From NCBI GenBank assembly GCA_037033365.1, contig JAZBLS010000001.1, positions 18,937-82,936 on the forward strand: a stretch of 64,000 nt of DNA. Direction: 5' to 3'. Positions within the stretch are counted from its first letter, which is position 1, and every line of letters starts with the position of its first letter. The position numbers were made by a program, and so were the translations under genes. Shown piece by piece: positions 18,998 to 28,095 of the stretch. The DNA comes from Actinomycetota bacterium (lineage in GTDB: Bacteria; Actinomycetota; Actinomycetes; Actinomycetales; Microbacteriaceae). The notes beneath the pieces were generated by a model. That model was not told where the DNA came from and made no database searches. It was given only the letters and a program-made list of their open reading frames with translations.

Positions 18998-19810
18998 TCA
19001 GCGACGCTCAGCGAGTGCCGCGATCGGTGCAGTGGTCTGCCACATGGCGAGACGCTGCTCGTAGACGTGCTGGGCGATCCCCTGCGGTGTGGTTCCGAAG
19101 AACACCCGTGCGGGCGACGGAGACGCATCAACGACCGCGAGGATCGCGGCGCCGACGCCGGCCGGGTCGGCTCCACCGGCCGCCGCCGCGATCATCTGCT
19201 CGCGAATGGGCAGGTAAGATTCCTGGCTCTCAGCCCACACCGAGCTTGATCCAGCCCAGTCGGTGCCGTAAGAGCCGGGCTCGACGAGAGTGACGTCGAT
19301 CCCGAAGCCTGCGACCTCCTGAGCCAGCGACTCGGTGAAACCTTCAAGGGCCCACTTCGAGGCGTGGTATGCGCCCAGCAGAGGGAATGCGACGACACCG
19401 CCGATCGAAGAGATCTGGATGATATGGCCTCCGTGCTGTTCGCGCATGATCGGGAGAACCGCTTGGGTGACGTGGAACGGTCCGAACACGTTGACATCGA
19501 GCTGGCGCTGGAACTGCTCCGCGGTCACCTCTTCGATCGCGCCGAACAGCCCGTAGCCCGCGTTGTTGATGACGATGTCGATGCGGCCAAAACGTGCGTG
19601 CGCTGATGCGACGGCGTCGAACACCGCATCCCGGTCGGTCACATCCAAGGCGAGGGCGAGCACCGCGTCTCCGAACTGCGCGACGAGTGCGTCGAGAGTC
19701 GAGATGTCTCGTGCGGTGGCGGCGACTTTGTCGCCCCGCTCGAGAGCGGCACGGGTGAACTCCCTGCCGAATCCGCGGCCCGCTCCGGTGATGAACCATG
19801 TCTTGCTCAC
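18998..19810 (-). CDS. SDR oxidoreductase
   Basis: TWFITGAGRGFG, NNAGYG, YHASK, EPGSYGTDW; GTG start inferred. Confidence 0.88.
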   Translation of the reverse strand: MSKTWFITGAGRGFGREFTRAALERGDKVAATARDISTLDALVAQFGDAVLALALDVTDRDAVFDAVASAHARFGRIDIVINNAGYGLFGAIEEVTAEQFQRQLDVNVFGPFHVTQAVLPIMREQHGGHIIQISSIGGVVAFPLLGAYHASKWALEGFTESLAQEVAGFGIDVTLVEPGSYGTDWAGSSSVWAESQESYLPIREQMIAAAAGGADPAGVGAAILAVVDASPSPARVFFGTTPQGIAQHVYEQRLAMWQTTAPIAALAERR

Positions 19811-19871
19811 GTGCTGTCTCCTCTTGTCGTCAATGCGTCCAAGCGACGCAATGAACACATCATGCAACAAA

Positions 19872-19886
19872 TGACACCTGGTGTCA
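19872..19886. promoter_or_regulatory. Palindromic operator between divergent SDR and TetR
   Basis: TGACACC-T-GGTGTCA perfect inverted repeat. Confidence 0.65.
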
Positions 19887-19908
19887 ATAGTGTCCCACCT
19901 GTTACGCT

Positions 19909-20547
19909 ATGTTTATGATGACGGGCAACGAGCGCAAAGTCGGGCTGCGCGAGCGCACTCGACAAGCTGTAACTCGCGAGATCACCGAGACCGCCAACGC
20001 GCTCTTCATCGAGCGCGGGTACGAATCGACCACCATCGACGACATCGCCGAAGCGGTGGGCATGTCGCGCCGCAGTGTTTTTCGATACTTTTCGACCAAG
20101 GAGGACCTCGTCCTGGGAAAGCTCGCTTTTTCAGGTCAAGAGGTGGTCGAGCAGTTCCGCAACAGGCCCGCCGATGAGCCGGTGTGGGAATCGCTGAGAG
20201 AGGTGTTTCGCCTGATCGCCCCTGCCGTCGACAACCTCGACAAAGACGCCGTCGCCGCGCCGATGCAGCGGGTGATCTTCTCCACGCCATCCCTTCTCGC
20301 GGCCTATCTCGGTATGCAGCAGGGGCTGCAGGACGCCATTATGAACGAGATTCGAGATCGCGCTGCGCGGCGCGGTGCGCCATACCCGAAGTCGGATCCA
20401 TTCCCCCGCGCGGTCGCAGCTGCGGCATTCGGATGTTTAGTCGCCGCGCAACAGACGTGGCTGGAAGACGAGTACGACGAGACATTCGCGAAGGCGATCG
20501 ACGAAGCGATGGATGCAGTGGCGGCAGCGTCTGGGCGTGCGGGCTGA
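19909..20547 (+). CDS. TetR family regulator
   Basis: GYESTTIDDIAEAVGMSRRSVFRYFSTKEDL. Confidence 0.92.
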   Translation: MFMMTGNERKVGLRERTRQAVTREITETANALFIERGYESTTIDDIAEAVGMSRRSVFRYFSTKEDLVLGKLAFSGQEVVEQFRNRPADEPVWESLREVFRLIAPAVDNLDKDAVAAPMQRVIFSTPSLLAAYLGMQQGLQDAIMNEIRDRAARRGAPYPKSDPFPRAVAAAAFGCLVAAQQTWLEDEYDETFAKAIDEAMDAVAAASGRAG

Positions 20548-20616
20548 GGTTCGCCTTCACGCCCGCGTTCGTCGATCGTCCGCAGGATCTCGAACCGCAA
20601 GACGATCGGTCGCCGG

Positions 20617-21717
20617 TCACATGTCGATCTCGACCAGGCCGACGGACCGACAGAGTTCTTCGAGGCCTCGGGAGTCGAAGGCTTGAAGTGGTCCCAACAC
20701 TCCATAGTGTTCGACCGATCCTTCGGCCAATCGAAGCGCACCGGCGGCGATCAGTTCACCTGTGAGTGAATAGATGCTGGGGCCTTCCAGATGCGCGGAT
20801 GCGATGAGCTCTCCGCGCGCGTCGAAGGCCTCTGCGGTAGCGTGAGTGAGTGTCTTCGAGCGCTCGCTCGCGTCTGGTCCGCCTGGAGGGCCTGCCAGAG
20901 CCATGCCGAGTCGCTCGATGGCCCTCCTGCCTCCCGGTAGTCTTGCGGCCGCGCTGGCGATGCCGGATCCGGCTTGCGCGAGTCGCGCCAGATTCGGAAA
21001 CCACCCGTTGTATACCTCAACCGCTTGCAACTCCGGGAAATCGGCCGGGAGGAAGAGCGACTCCGTGCCGGCCGCTAGGAAGCCGTCTCGACGGCGATCG
21101 CGTACGCGGAAACGGTGAACGAGATGTGCTGCTCGCTCTTCGTGCAACGACCCGTTGCGGTAGACGCTGACTGGTCGCAGGATGCCGTCCATCAGCGTTG
21201 CGCGTGTGCCCTGACTCAGCCCGTTCCGCACTGATCCCGTGGCGAAGTACCCGATGCGGAGGGTTCGCGCCTCGTGGTTCGATGCAGTGACCGCTAGTGC
21301 GCCTGCCAGGGTGCCGGGAACGAAGTCGTACCCGAACGCCGGCAGTAGGGTCGAGCCGGCCCGGGAGGCGCCATCGTCGTGTTTCCGTTGAAGTTCGCGC
21401 ACGAATCCGATCTCACCCGTCGAGTCGATGTAGTGGGCACCGACCGATACTGCGGCGGCAGCCACCGGGTGCCCGTACTTCTCGAACGGGCCGACGGTTG
21501 ACACAAGCACTTCGCCCTTCTCGACGAGCGCGCGTAGCGAGTCGGTGTCGCCCGCGTCTGCGAGGCGATACTCAAGTCCACCGTGCTCCTCGGAGAGAGC
21601 GGTGATAGAGCGTTCGTTCCGGCCGGCGATTATGGGGCGATGGCCGCGCCGTGCGAGAGCGGCGACGACGAGTCGGCCCGTGTACCCCGTTGCTCCAATG
21701 ACGACGATCTTGCTCAT
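20617..21717 (-). CDS. Saccharopine dehydrogenase-like NAD(P)-binding oxidoreductase
   Basis: GATGYTG, STVGPF..YG, HYIDSTGE, GYDFVPG. Confidence 0.85.
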   Translation of the reverse strand: MSKIVVIGATGYTGRLVVAALARRGHRPIIAGRNERSITALSEEHGGLEYRLADAGDTDSLRALVEKGEVLVSTVGPFEKYGHPVAAAAVSVGAHYIDSTGEIGFVRELQRKHDDGASRAGSTLLPAFGYDFVPGTLAGALAVTASNHEARTLRIGYFATGSVRNGLSQGTRATLMDGILRPVSVYRNGSLHEERAAHLVHRFRVRDRRRDGFLAAGTESLFLPADFPELQAVEVYNGWFPNLARLAQAGSGIASAAARLPGGRRAIERLGMALAGPPGGPDASERSKTLTHATAEAFDARGELIASAHLEGPSIYSLTGELIAAGALRLAEGSVEHYGVLGPLQAFDSRGLEELCRSVGLVEIDM

Positions 21718-21776
21718 GAGTGCTGGATCCTGACTCTCAGACGATTGCTAGTTCTCAAGGAGAGACCTGGTCGATA

Positions 21777-21797
21777 TTTTAGAATAGCATTCTAAAA
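21777..21797. promoter_or_regulatory. Palindromic operator between divergent oxidoreductase and TetR
   Basis: TTTTAGAAT-AGC-ATTCTAAAA, 9-bp perfect arms in an AT-rich intergenic gap. Confidence 0.7.
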
Positions 21798-21814
21798 TTG
21801 GAAGTCCATCAAAG

Positions 21815-22468
21815 ATGGCATACCGTGGACGGATGGATGAACCGAGCCAGACTTCCCACACCGGCTACCGGCGGCGGGTGACGTCGACACGGCGCGCGAT
21901 CGTGCAGGCAGCGGGGGAACTCCTCCTTGAGCATGGCGAGGCCGGTGTCACGATCGAGGCCATCAGTTATCGTGCGGAGGTCGCGAAACAAACCATCTAC
22001 AACAGGGTTGGGAACAGAGCAGCGGTGCTTGCGGCGGTGGCGGAGGATGCCATTTCGGCCAATGAGCTCTATCTGAATGCTGCCTACGACACACCCGGGT
22101 CTGTATTCGAGAGAGCTCAGGCCGTCGCAGACGCGTACCTGCGCTTCGCGGTCGACCAGCCTCAGGCGTTTCGCCTGATCTCGTTCCCCCCGCCGGGCAA
22201 GGGTGCAGGCATGGATGTCGTCTCGTTCATCGAGATGCAGAATGCGAAGCTCGCGGAGCTCATCGATGAAGGTGTCCGTACCGGGGTGATCGCGACGGGT
22301 GTCAAACCCGGGGTAATTGCCATGGTGCTCTGGCGTTCGTGGGATGGCGTGATAAGCCTGCTGCACCGCCCCGACGACCTGCAGGCGTCGGAGGAGACCG
22401 TTCGCGGGCTGCTGCTGACTCTAAGTCAGGTGATTCAGTTCGGGCTCGGGTCGGGTGAAAGGCCGTGA
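21815..22468 (+). CDS. TetR family regulator
   Basis: VTIEAISYRAEVAKQTIYNRVGNR HTH. Confidence 0.85.
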   Translation: MAYRGRMDEPSQTSHTGYRRRVTSTRRAIVQAAGELLLEHGEAGVTIEAISYRAEVAKQTIYNRVGNRAAVLAAVAEDAISANELYLNAAYDTPGSVFERAQAVADAYLRFAVDQPQAFRLISFPPPGKGAGMDVVSFIEMQNAKLAELIDEGVRTGVIATGVKPGVIAMVLWRSWDGVISLLHRPDDLQASEETVRGLLLTLSQVIQFGLGSGERP

Positions 22469-22605
22469 CGCTGGAGGGCGCAGTCTGAAGGCTCTATCAC
22501 GACGACGTGCCTTCGGTCGGGTGCCGTGGGCCCCAGATTGCAGTTACTGCCAATGAGCCTCGAGCCATCACGGGCGACCGTCTAATGCCTCGCTCGGGAC
22601 CCGTC

Positions 22606-22832
22606 CTGCTCAAGCACCTCAGCCATTCCGTCGACGAGGGCGCACGCGTCGTGAAGATCTTCAGCGTCACCGGTCTGATGATGTGCTCGCGTTCGTGAAC
22701 CCCGACGGCAGTCTGGTCCTCGTCATGCACAACTCGCTCCCCGAGAGCGCGACCACGCATGTCGTCGCCGAAGGCCAGCATCTCGCTCCGGTGCTGCCGG
22801 GGGGCTCGTTCTGCACCCTCGTTTTCGGATGA
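22606..22832 (+). pseudogene. Frameshifted C-terminal remnant of a GH30 glycosyl hydrolase
   Basis: LLKHLSHSVDEGARVV in one frame, DVLAFVNPDGSLVLVMHN...LPGGSFCTLVF-stop in another; no N-terminal part present. Confidence 0.65.
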
Positions 22833-22965
22833 TCGCATCCGCGGCGAGGTGGTCACAGACCCGCACGCGGGGAGGGTGCAGATGGCACTGATCCCGCGGG
22901 AGCCGTTCACGGCTGCGCGGCGTCGGCGCGGTGCCGGCCGACCGACTTTCACCGCCCGAGGCGGC

Positions 22966-24042
22966 TCATCCGCGCGGACGCGGTGCGGGACCGGTCGATT
23001 CGCGGATCATGACCGTGACGGATGGGGGATCGGGTGCCGAATCCCGGTCCTCGGGCTCGGTGGTGACTCCGAGCTCGGTCAGCAACGTCTCCAGCACCTG
23101 ACGTCCCTGCGCGCGGAAGTCCAGACGCACCGTGGTGAGCGACGGTGTGAAGTAGGGCGACTCGGGCGTGTCGTCGACGCCGGTGACACTGACGTCGCGG
23201 GGGACGTCCAGGCCGAGACCGCGAAGGGCGTGGATCGCTCCGAGCGCCATCTGGTCATTGGCCGCGAGGATCGCCGTCGGCAGATCGTCCGCATCCATAT
23301 GCTGTACGAGCGCACTCGCGGATCGCGCCGACCAGTCGCCGTGGACGACGCCGAACGGGCGCAGCCCGTGTGCGCGGACGGCGGTGTCGAACGCCTGCAG
23401 TCGGTTTCGCGCGGCCGACCAGTCGGCCGGCCCCGCGATGTGCAGCATTCTGCGGTGGCCGAGATCGTGGAGGTGATCCACCAGGTCGTGGATCCCCCGG
23501 CTCGCGGTGTGCACGTGAGGAATGGTCGCGGGCTCGTCGTCCTCGGCCGCGAGCACGACAGGGACCCCGAAGTCGGTGCCCTCGAACACGGCGCGCGTGC
23601 TGTCGGTCGATGCGAAAGCGAGAATGCCGGCGAGGTCGTACTGCATGAGCAGACCCAGCGCGCGGTTGATGTCGGCACGGTCGCCCATGTCCAGGGCGAC
23701 GACATCGAGGAGGTATCCGGCGTCTCGTGCTGCGGCCGTCGCCCCCTGGATGATCATGCTCGGGCCGATCTGATGCGTCTCGTGGGTGAGCGCACCGATG
23801 CGGAGGGAACGCCCGGTGATGAGCGCCCGGGCGGAGAGGTTCGGCTTGTACTCGAGCGTCTCCAGTGCCTTCTCGATCTTCGCTTTCGTGCCGGGGCGCA
23901 TTCCCATGCCGCGCATGTATCGGCTCACCGACTGATGCGAAACGTCCGCCGCGCGTGCGACGTCATAGATCGTCGTGCTTCTGCGGGTGCCTGCGGGGGC
24001 GGTCGTGGAACCGCTCGGTTCTCCGTCGACTGTCATGGCCAC
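22966..24042 (-). CDS. LacI family regulator
   Basis: TIYDVARAADVSHQSVSR, YKPNLSARAL, NDQMALG, SVTGVDD, PSLTTV. Confidence 0.93.
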   Translation of the reverse strand: MAMTVDGEPSGSTTAPAGTRRSTTIYDVARAADVSHQSVSRYMRGMGMRPGTKAKIEKALETLEYKPNLSARALITGRSLRIGALTHETHQIGPSMIIQGATAAARDAGYLLDVVALDMGDRADINRALGLLMQYDLAGILAFASTDSTRAVFEGTDFGVPVVLAAEDDEPATIPHVHTASRGIHDLVDHLHDLGHRRMLHIAGPADWSAARNRLQAFDTAVRAHGLRPFGVVHGDWSARSASALVQHMDADDLPTAILAANDQMALGAIHALRGLGLDVPRDVSVTGVDDTPESPYFTPSLTTVRLDFRAQGRQVLETLLTELGVTTEPEDRDSAPDPPSVTVMIRESTGPAPRPRG

Positions 24043-24076
24043 CTCGCTCGCACCTCAGAAACACTAGTTGCAATCT

Positions 24077-24125
24077 GAACTGTTCTCGATAACAATAGCC
24101 GCACGAGGAACTGTTCTCGATAACA
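24077..24125. promoter_or_regulatory. Tandem LacI-type operators
   Basis: GAACTGTTCTCGATAACA at 24077-24094 and 24108-24125, core TGTTCTCGATAACA near-palindrome. Confidence 0.7.
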
Positions 24126-24157
24126 GTTTGAGCGTCGAACAATGGAGTACGAACCGG

Positions 24158-26254
24158 ATGTCTGCTGTGCCGCCCCTTCCGCCCGAGGTTCTCTTCGGGG
24201 TCGCCTACTACCCCGAATACCACCAGAGCGAGCGATACGTCGAAGATCTCGACCTCATGGTCGCTGCCGGCATCACCGTGATCCGCGTCGGCGAGTCCGT
24301 CTGGTCGACCTGGGAGCCCCGCAACGGAGTGTTCGACCTGGATTGGCTCGAACCCGTGCTCGACGCCGCGCATGACCGGGGGATCTCCGCCATCCTCGGC
24401 ACGCCCACCTACGCCGTGCCGCCGTGGCTGCAGGCGACCTATCCGGACATCGCCGGAGAGCGCCGCACGGGGGAGAAGATCGCGTGGGGGGCGCGGCAGG
24501 AGGTCGACTACTCGCACGCGGCCTTCCGGTTCCACGCCGAGCGGGTGATCCGCAAGATCATCGCACGTTACGCCGGTCACCCTGCGGTCATCGGCTATCA
24601 GGTCGACAACGAGCCCGGCCTCGAGCTTCTGCACAACCACGGGGTCTTCACGGGGTTCGTCCAGAGCCTCAAGGATCGTTTCGGCGACGTGGACACCCTC
24701 AACCGGGAGTGGGGCCTGACGTACTGGTCTCATCGCATCGGAGACTGGAGCGAACTCTGGCGCCCCGATGGCAACTCGTTCCCGCAGTACGACCTGGCCT
24801 GGCGGCGCTACCAGGCTGAGGTCACCAGCGAGTTCATCGCGTGGCAGGCCGAGATCGTGCGGGAGTACTCGAGCGACGACCAGTTCGTCACCACATGCTT
24901 GCAGTATCCGCGTCGCGGCCTCGATGACCGCCACCTCTTCGAGTCCCTCGACTACACCTCCGGCAACCCGTACTACGGATTCCAGAGGCATCTGGATGCC
25001 GGGGAGGATCTCGAGGCGCTCAACTACTGGACGACATCGGGCGTCGACGGCGTGTTCCGGCAGGCGGACCGTCTGTACTCCTCGAAGCAGGACCGGTTCC
25101 TGGTGACGGAGACGAACGCGCAGGCGATCGATGCCAGCGAGAACAATCACCCGCCGTATCCCGGACAGCTTCGTCAGGCCGCGTTCGCATTCATCTCCCG
25201 CGGCGCGGCGATGATCGAGTACTGGCACTGGCACACGCTGCCCTACGGCGCGGAGACGTATTGGGGAGGGGTGCTGCCGCACAGCCTGGTTCCCGGTCGC
25301 ATCTACCGCGAGGTTAGCGCCATCGGGGCGCAGCTGGCGTCCATCGGCGCCGATCTGCAGGGCTACGTCCCCGACGCCGACGCGGCGATCCTGTGGTCGA
25401 ATCCGAGCCGCTATGCGATGCAGTTCATGCCACCGTTCGCACGACAGGGCCTCGCCGACGATCAGGCCTACGAGCGTCTCTTCGACGCCTTCTACGGCAG
25501 CCTCGCCGCGGTCGGCGCGCAGACCCGCATCCTGCACGTCGAGCAGGCACTCGCACTCGGTGCGCAGGAGCTGGCGAGCCGATTCCCCGTGCTCATCGCC
25601 GCCGGCGTCTATATCACCACCGATGAGGACATCGCGCTCCTGCGAGAGTACGTCACGGCCGGAGGGCACCTCGTCCTCGGACCGCGCACGGCATACGCCG
25701 ACGAAGAGGCTCGCGCCCGAGTCGCCACGGCACCCGCCGGACTGGCCGACATCGCCGGAGTCTGGTATGAGGAGTACTCGAACCTCGATGCACCCGTCGC
25801 AGCGACCAGGGGCGGCGAAGACATCGGCGCCGGGAGGTTCTGGGCCGACGGACTCATCGCGACCGAGGCCGAGGTCGTCGCGGGTTACTCCGACAGGGGA
25901 CTCGAGCGCTTCGCCGCCGTCACCTCGCATCTTTCCGGCGCGGGGCGCGTGACCGTGGTGGGAACCGTACCCGATCGGGAGCTCGCGCGACGCATCGGCG
26001 AGACCGTCATCGGCACACCGCGCTCCCTCTTCCACGCGAAGCCCGACAGCGTCACGGCGGCGTCGGGCTCGACGGGCGAACATCGATTCTGGTTCGTCTT
26101 CAACTGGGGATGGGAGGCGCAGGAGGTCTTGCTCGCCGGTGACGCTGCGGATGCCGTGACAGGGGAGATGCTTCGCGCCGGGGACCCTCTGCCGCTCGAC
26201 GCGTGGGACGTGCGCGTGCTCCGCGTCTCCACGAGGACGGAGACGGAGAAGTGA
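24158..26254 (+). CDS. Beta-galactosidase-like, GH42 family
   Basis: FGVAYYPEY, RVGESVWSTWEP, ILGTPTYAVPPW, YQVDNEP, TETNA, YWHW; start codon inferred. Confidence 0.88.
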   Translation: MSAVPPLPPEVLFGVAYYPEYHQSERYVEDLDLMVAAGITVIRVGESVWSTWEPRNGVFDLDWLEPVLDAAHDRGISAILGTPTYAVPPWLQATYPDIAGERRTGEKIAWGARQEVDYSHAAFRFHAERVIRKIIARYAGHPAVIGYQVDNEPGLELLHNHGVFTGFVQSLKDRFGDVDTLNREWGLTYWSHRIGDWSELWRPDGNSFPQYDLAWRRYQAEVTSEFIAWQAEIVREYSSDDQFVTTCLQYPRRGLDDRHLFESLDYTSGNPYYGFQRHLDAGEDLEALNYWTTSGVDGVFRQADRLYSSKQDRFLVTETNAQAIDASENNHPPYPGQLRQAAFAFISRGAAMIEYWHWHTLPYGAETYWGGVLPHSLVPGRIYREVSAIGAQLASIGADLQGYVPDADAAILWSNPSRYAMQFMPPFARQGLADDQAYERLFDAFYGSLAAVGAQTRILHVEQALALGAQELASRFPVLIAAGVYITTDEDIALLREYVTAGGHLVLGPRTAYADEEARARVATAPAGLADIAGVWYEEYSNLDAPVAATRGGEDIGAGRFWADGLIATEAEVVAGYSDRGLERFAAVTSHLSGAGRVTVVGTVPDRELARRIGETVIGTPRSLFHAKPDSVTAASGSTGEHRFWFVFNWGWEAQEVLLAGDAADAVTGEMLRAGDPLPLDAWDVRVLRVSTRTETEK

Positions 26255-27150
26255 TGTCGGACGTGATCCCGAAGTCGCGGGTGAAGAGGCGCGACTGGCG
26301 AGGGTGGCAGTTCACCGGGCCGTTCGCCGTGGTGTTCGTGCTGGTGTTCATCGCACCGCTCGCATACGCCCTGTATCTCAGCCTCTTCCAGAACCGCCTC
26401 ATCGGCGGCGACACCTTCGTCGGTGTCGACAACTACGTCGTCGTGCTCACCGACTCGAAGTTCTGGGACGGTTTCACCCGGGTGGTGCTGTTCCTGCTGA
26501 TCCAGGTCCCGATCATGCTGTTCCTCGCGCTCACCGCCGCGCTCGCGATCGACAGCGCCCGCCTGTACGCCCGGGGCCTGTTCCGAATGGTGGTGTTCCT
26601 GCCCTATGCGGTTCCGGCCGTGGTGGCCGTGCTCATCTGGGGCTTCATGTACGGCGACAACTTCGGTCTGACGGCGAACATCAACGAGCTCCTGGGGGCG
26701 GACATCCTCCGCCCGTTCGCCCCGGAGTGGGTTCTCGCCTCGATCGGCAACATCGTCACGTGGCAGTTCATCGGATACAACATGCTGATCTTCTATTCGG
26801 CACTCAAGACGATCCCCGCCGACCTGTACGAGGCTGCCGAGATCGACGGAGCCCGAGGGTGGCAGGTCATCAAGGCCATCAAGCTGCCGGCGGCCCGCGG
26901 CGCCATGGTCATCGCGACGATCTTCTCGATCATCGGCAGCTTCCAGCTGTTCAACGAGCCGAACATCCTCCGACCTCTCGCCAACAACGTCATCACGACC
27001 TACTTCACGCCGAACATGTACGCCTTCAATCTGTCCTTCGCCGGACAGCAGTACAACTACGCGGCAACGGTCGCCATCGTGATGGGCGTCATCACCGCAG
27101 CCATCGCCTACGTCGTCCAGCTCCGCGGGACAAGGAAGGAAGAGCGATGA
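26254..27150 (+). CDS. Carbohydrate ABC transporter permease
   Basis: IPADLYEAAEIDGA EAA motif, SIIGSFQLF. Confidence 0.92.
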   Translation: MSDVIPKSRVKRRDWRGWQFTGPFAVVFVLVFIAPLAYALYLSLFQNRLIGGDTFVGVDNYVVVLTDSKFWDGFTRVVLFLLIQVPIMLFLALTAALAIDSARLYARGLFRMVVFLPYAVPAVVAVLIWGFMYGDNFGLTANINELLGADILRPFAPEWVLASIGNIVTWQFIGYNMLIFYSALKTIPADLYEAAEIDGARGWQVIKAIKLPAARGAMVIATIFSIIGSFQLFNEPNILRPLANNVITTYFTPNMYAFNLSFAGQQYNYAATVAIVMGVITAAIAYVVQLRGTRKEER

Positions 27151-28046
27151 CCACTGCGCTCCGCACCGTCAACCCTCGTGCCCGGAAGAGCTTCTCGGTC
27201 GCACGCCCCCGCCGATCCATCGTGCTGACCCTCGTGATGCTGATCTTCCTCGCCTACGCGTTGACACCGCTCGCCTGGCTGCTGATCAACGCGAGCAAGA
27301 CCCAGGCCGACCTGTTCAGCTCCTTCGGGCTCGCGTTCGGGGACTCCTTCGCGCTCTGGGACAACATCGTCGCGACCCTCGCGTACAACGACGGGATCTT
27401 CCTGCGCTGGTTCGGGAACACACTCCTCTACGTCGTCGTGGGGGCCGGGGGAGCGACGCTGCTGGCGACGCTCGCCGGCTACGGGCTCGCGAAGTACACG
27501 TTCCCGGGTCGCAAGGCCTACTTCGCCGTGGTCATCGGCGCCGTGGCGGTACCGGGTACCGCGCTCGCCGTTCCCACGTTCCTGCTGTTCAGTCAGGTGG
27601 GTCTGACGAACACCCCGTGGGCCATCATCATCCCGTCCCTCATCAGCCCCTTCGGGCTGTATCTGATCTGGGTGTACACGCTCGAGTCCGTGCCGACGGA
27701 GTTGTTGGAAGCCGCCCGCCTCGACGGTGCGGGGGAGCTGCGCACCTTCTTCACCATCTCCATCCGCCTCCTGGCGCCGGGAATCGTGACCGTGGCGCTC
27801 TTCGCGATCGTGGCGACGTGGAACAACTACTTCCTCCCGCTCATCATGCTCAGCGATCCCGCCTGGTACCCGCTCACGGTGGGCCTCAACCAGTGGAGCT
27901 CGCAGGCATCCGGTGTCGCCGCCGAGCCCATCTACAACCTGGTCATCACCGGGTCGCTCCTCACCATCGTGCCCATCGTCGCGATCTTCCTCTTCCTCCA
28001 ACGCTTCTGGCAGTCCGGCCTGAGCGCGGGAAGCGTCAAGCAATGA
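27147..28046 (+). CDS. Carbohydrate ABC transporter permease
   Basis: VPTELLEAARLDGAGE, WNNYFLPL. Confidence 0.92.
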   Translation: MTTALRTVNPRARKSFSVARPRRSIVLTLVMLIFLAYALTPLAWLLINASKTQADLFSSFGLAFGDSFALWDNIVATLAYNDGIFLRWFGNTLLYVVVGAGGATLLATLAGYGLAKYTFPGRKAYFAVVIGAVAVPGTALAVPTFLLFSQVGLTNTPWAIIIPSLISPFGLYLIWVYTLESVPTELLEAARLDGAGELRTFFTISIRLLAPGIVTVALFAIVATWNNYFLPLIMLSDPAWYPLTVGLNQWSSQASGVAAEPIYNLVITGSLLTIVPIVAIFLFLQRFWQSGLSAGSVKQ

Positions 28047-28095
28047 CCTCCTCCTACCGACCAACGCACCACACAATGAAGTGAAAGGAATCACC

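Noticed and set aside
23963-26083. Long antisense ORFs (also 47641-49431, 49310-51649, 52264-54111, 56596-59046)
   Set aside because: Shadow frames of real GC-rich genes on the opposite strand; no motifs. Only the last 195 codons of 56596-59046 encode the real TetR
26304-28046. Apparent long fused ORFs (also 59694-61841, 61079-62728, 51772-54216, 46030-47526, 15540-16826)
   Set aside because: Upstream parts are off-frame read-through of neighbouring genes; true starts are internal ATG/GTG with RBS or stop/start overlaps
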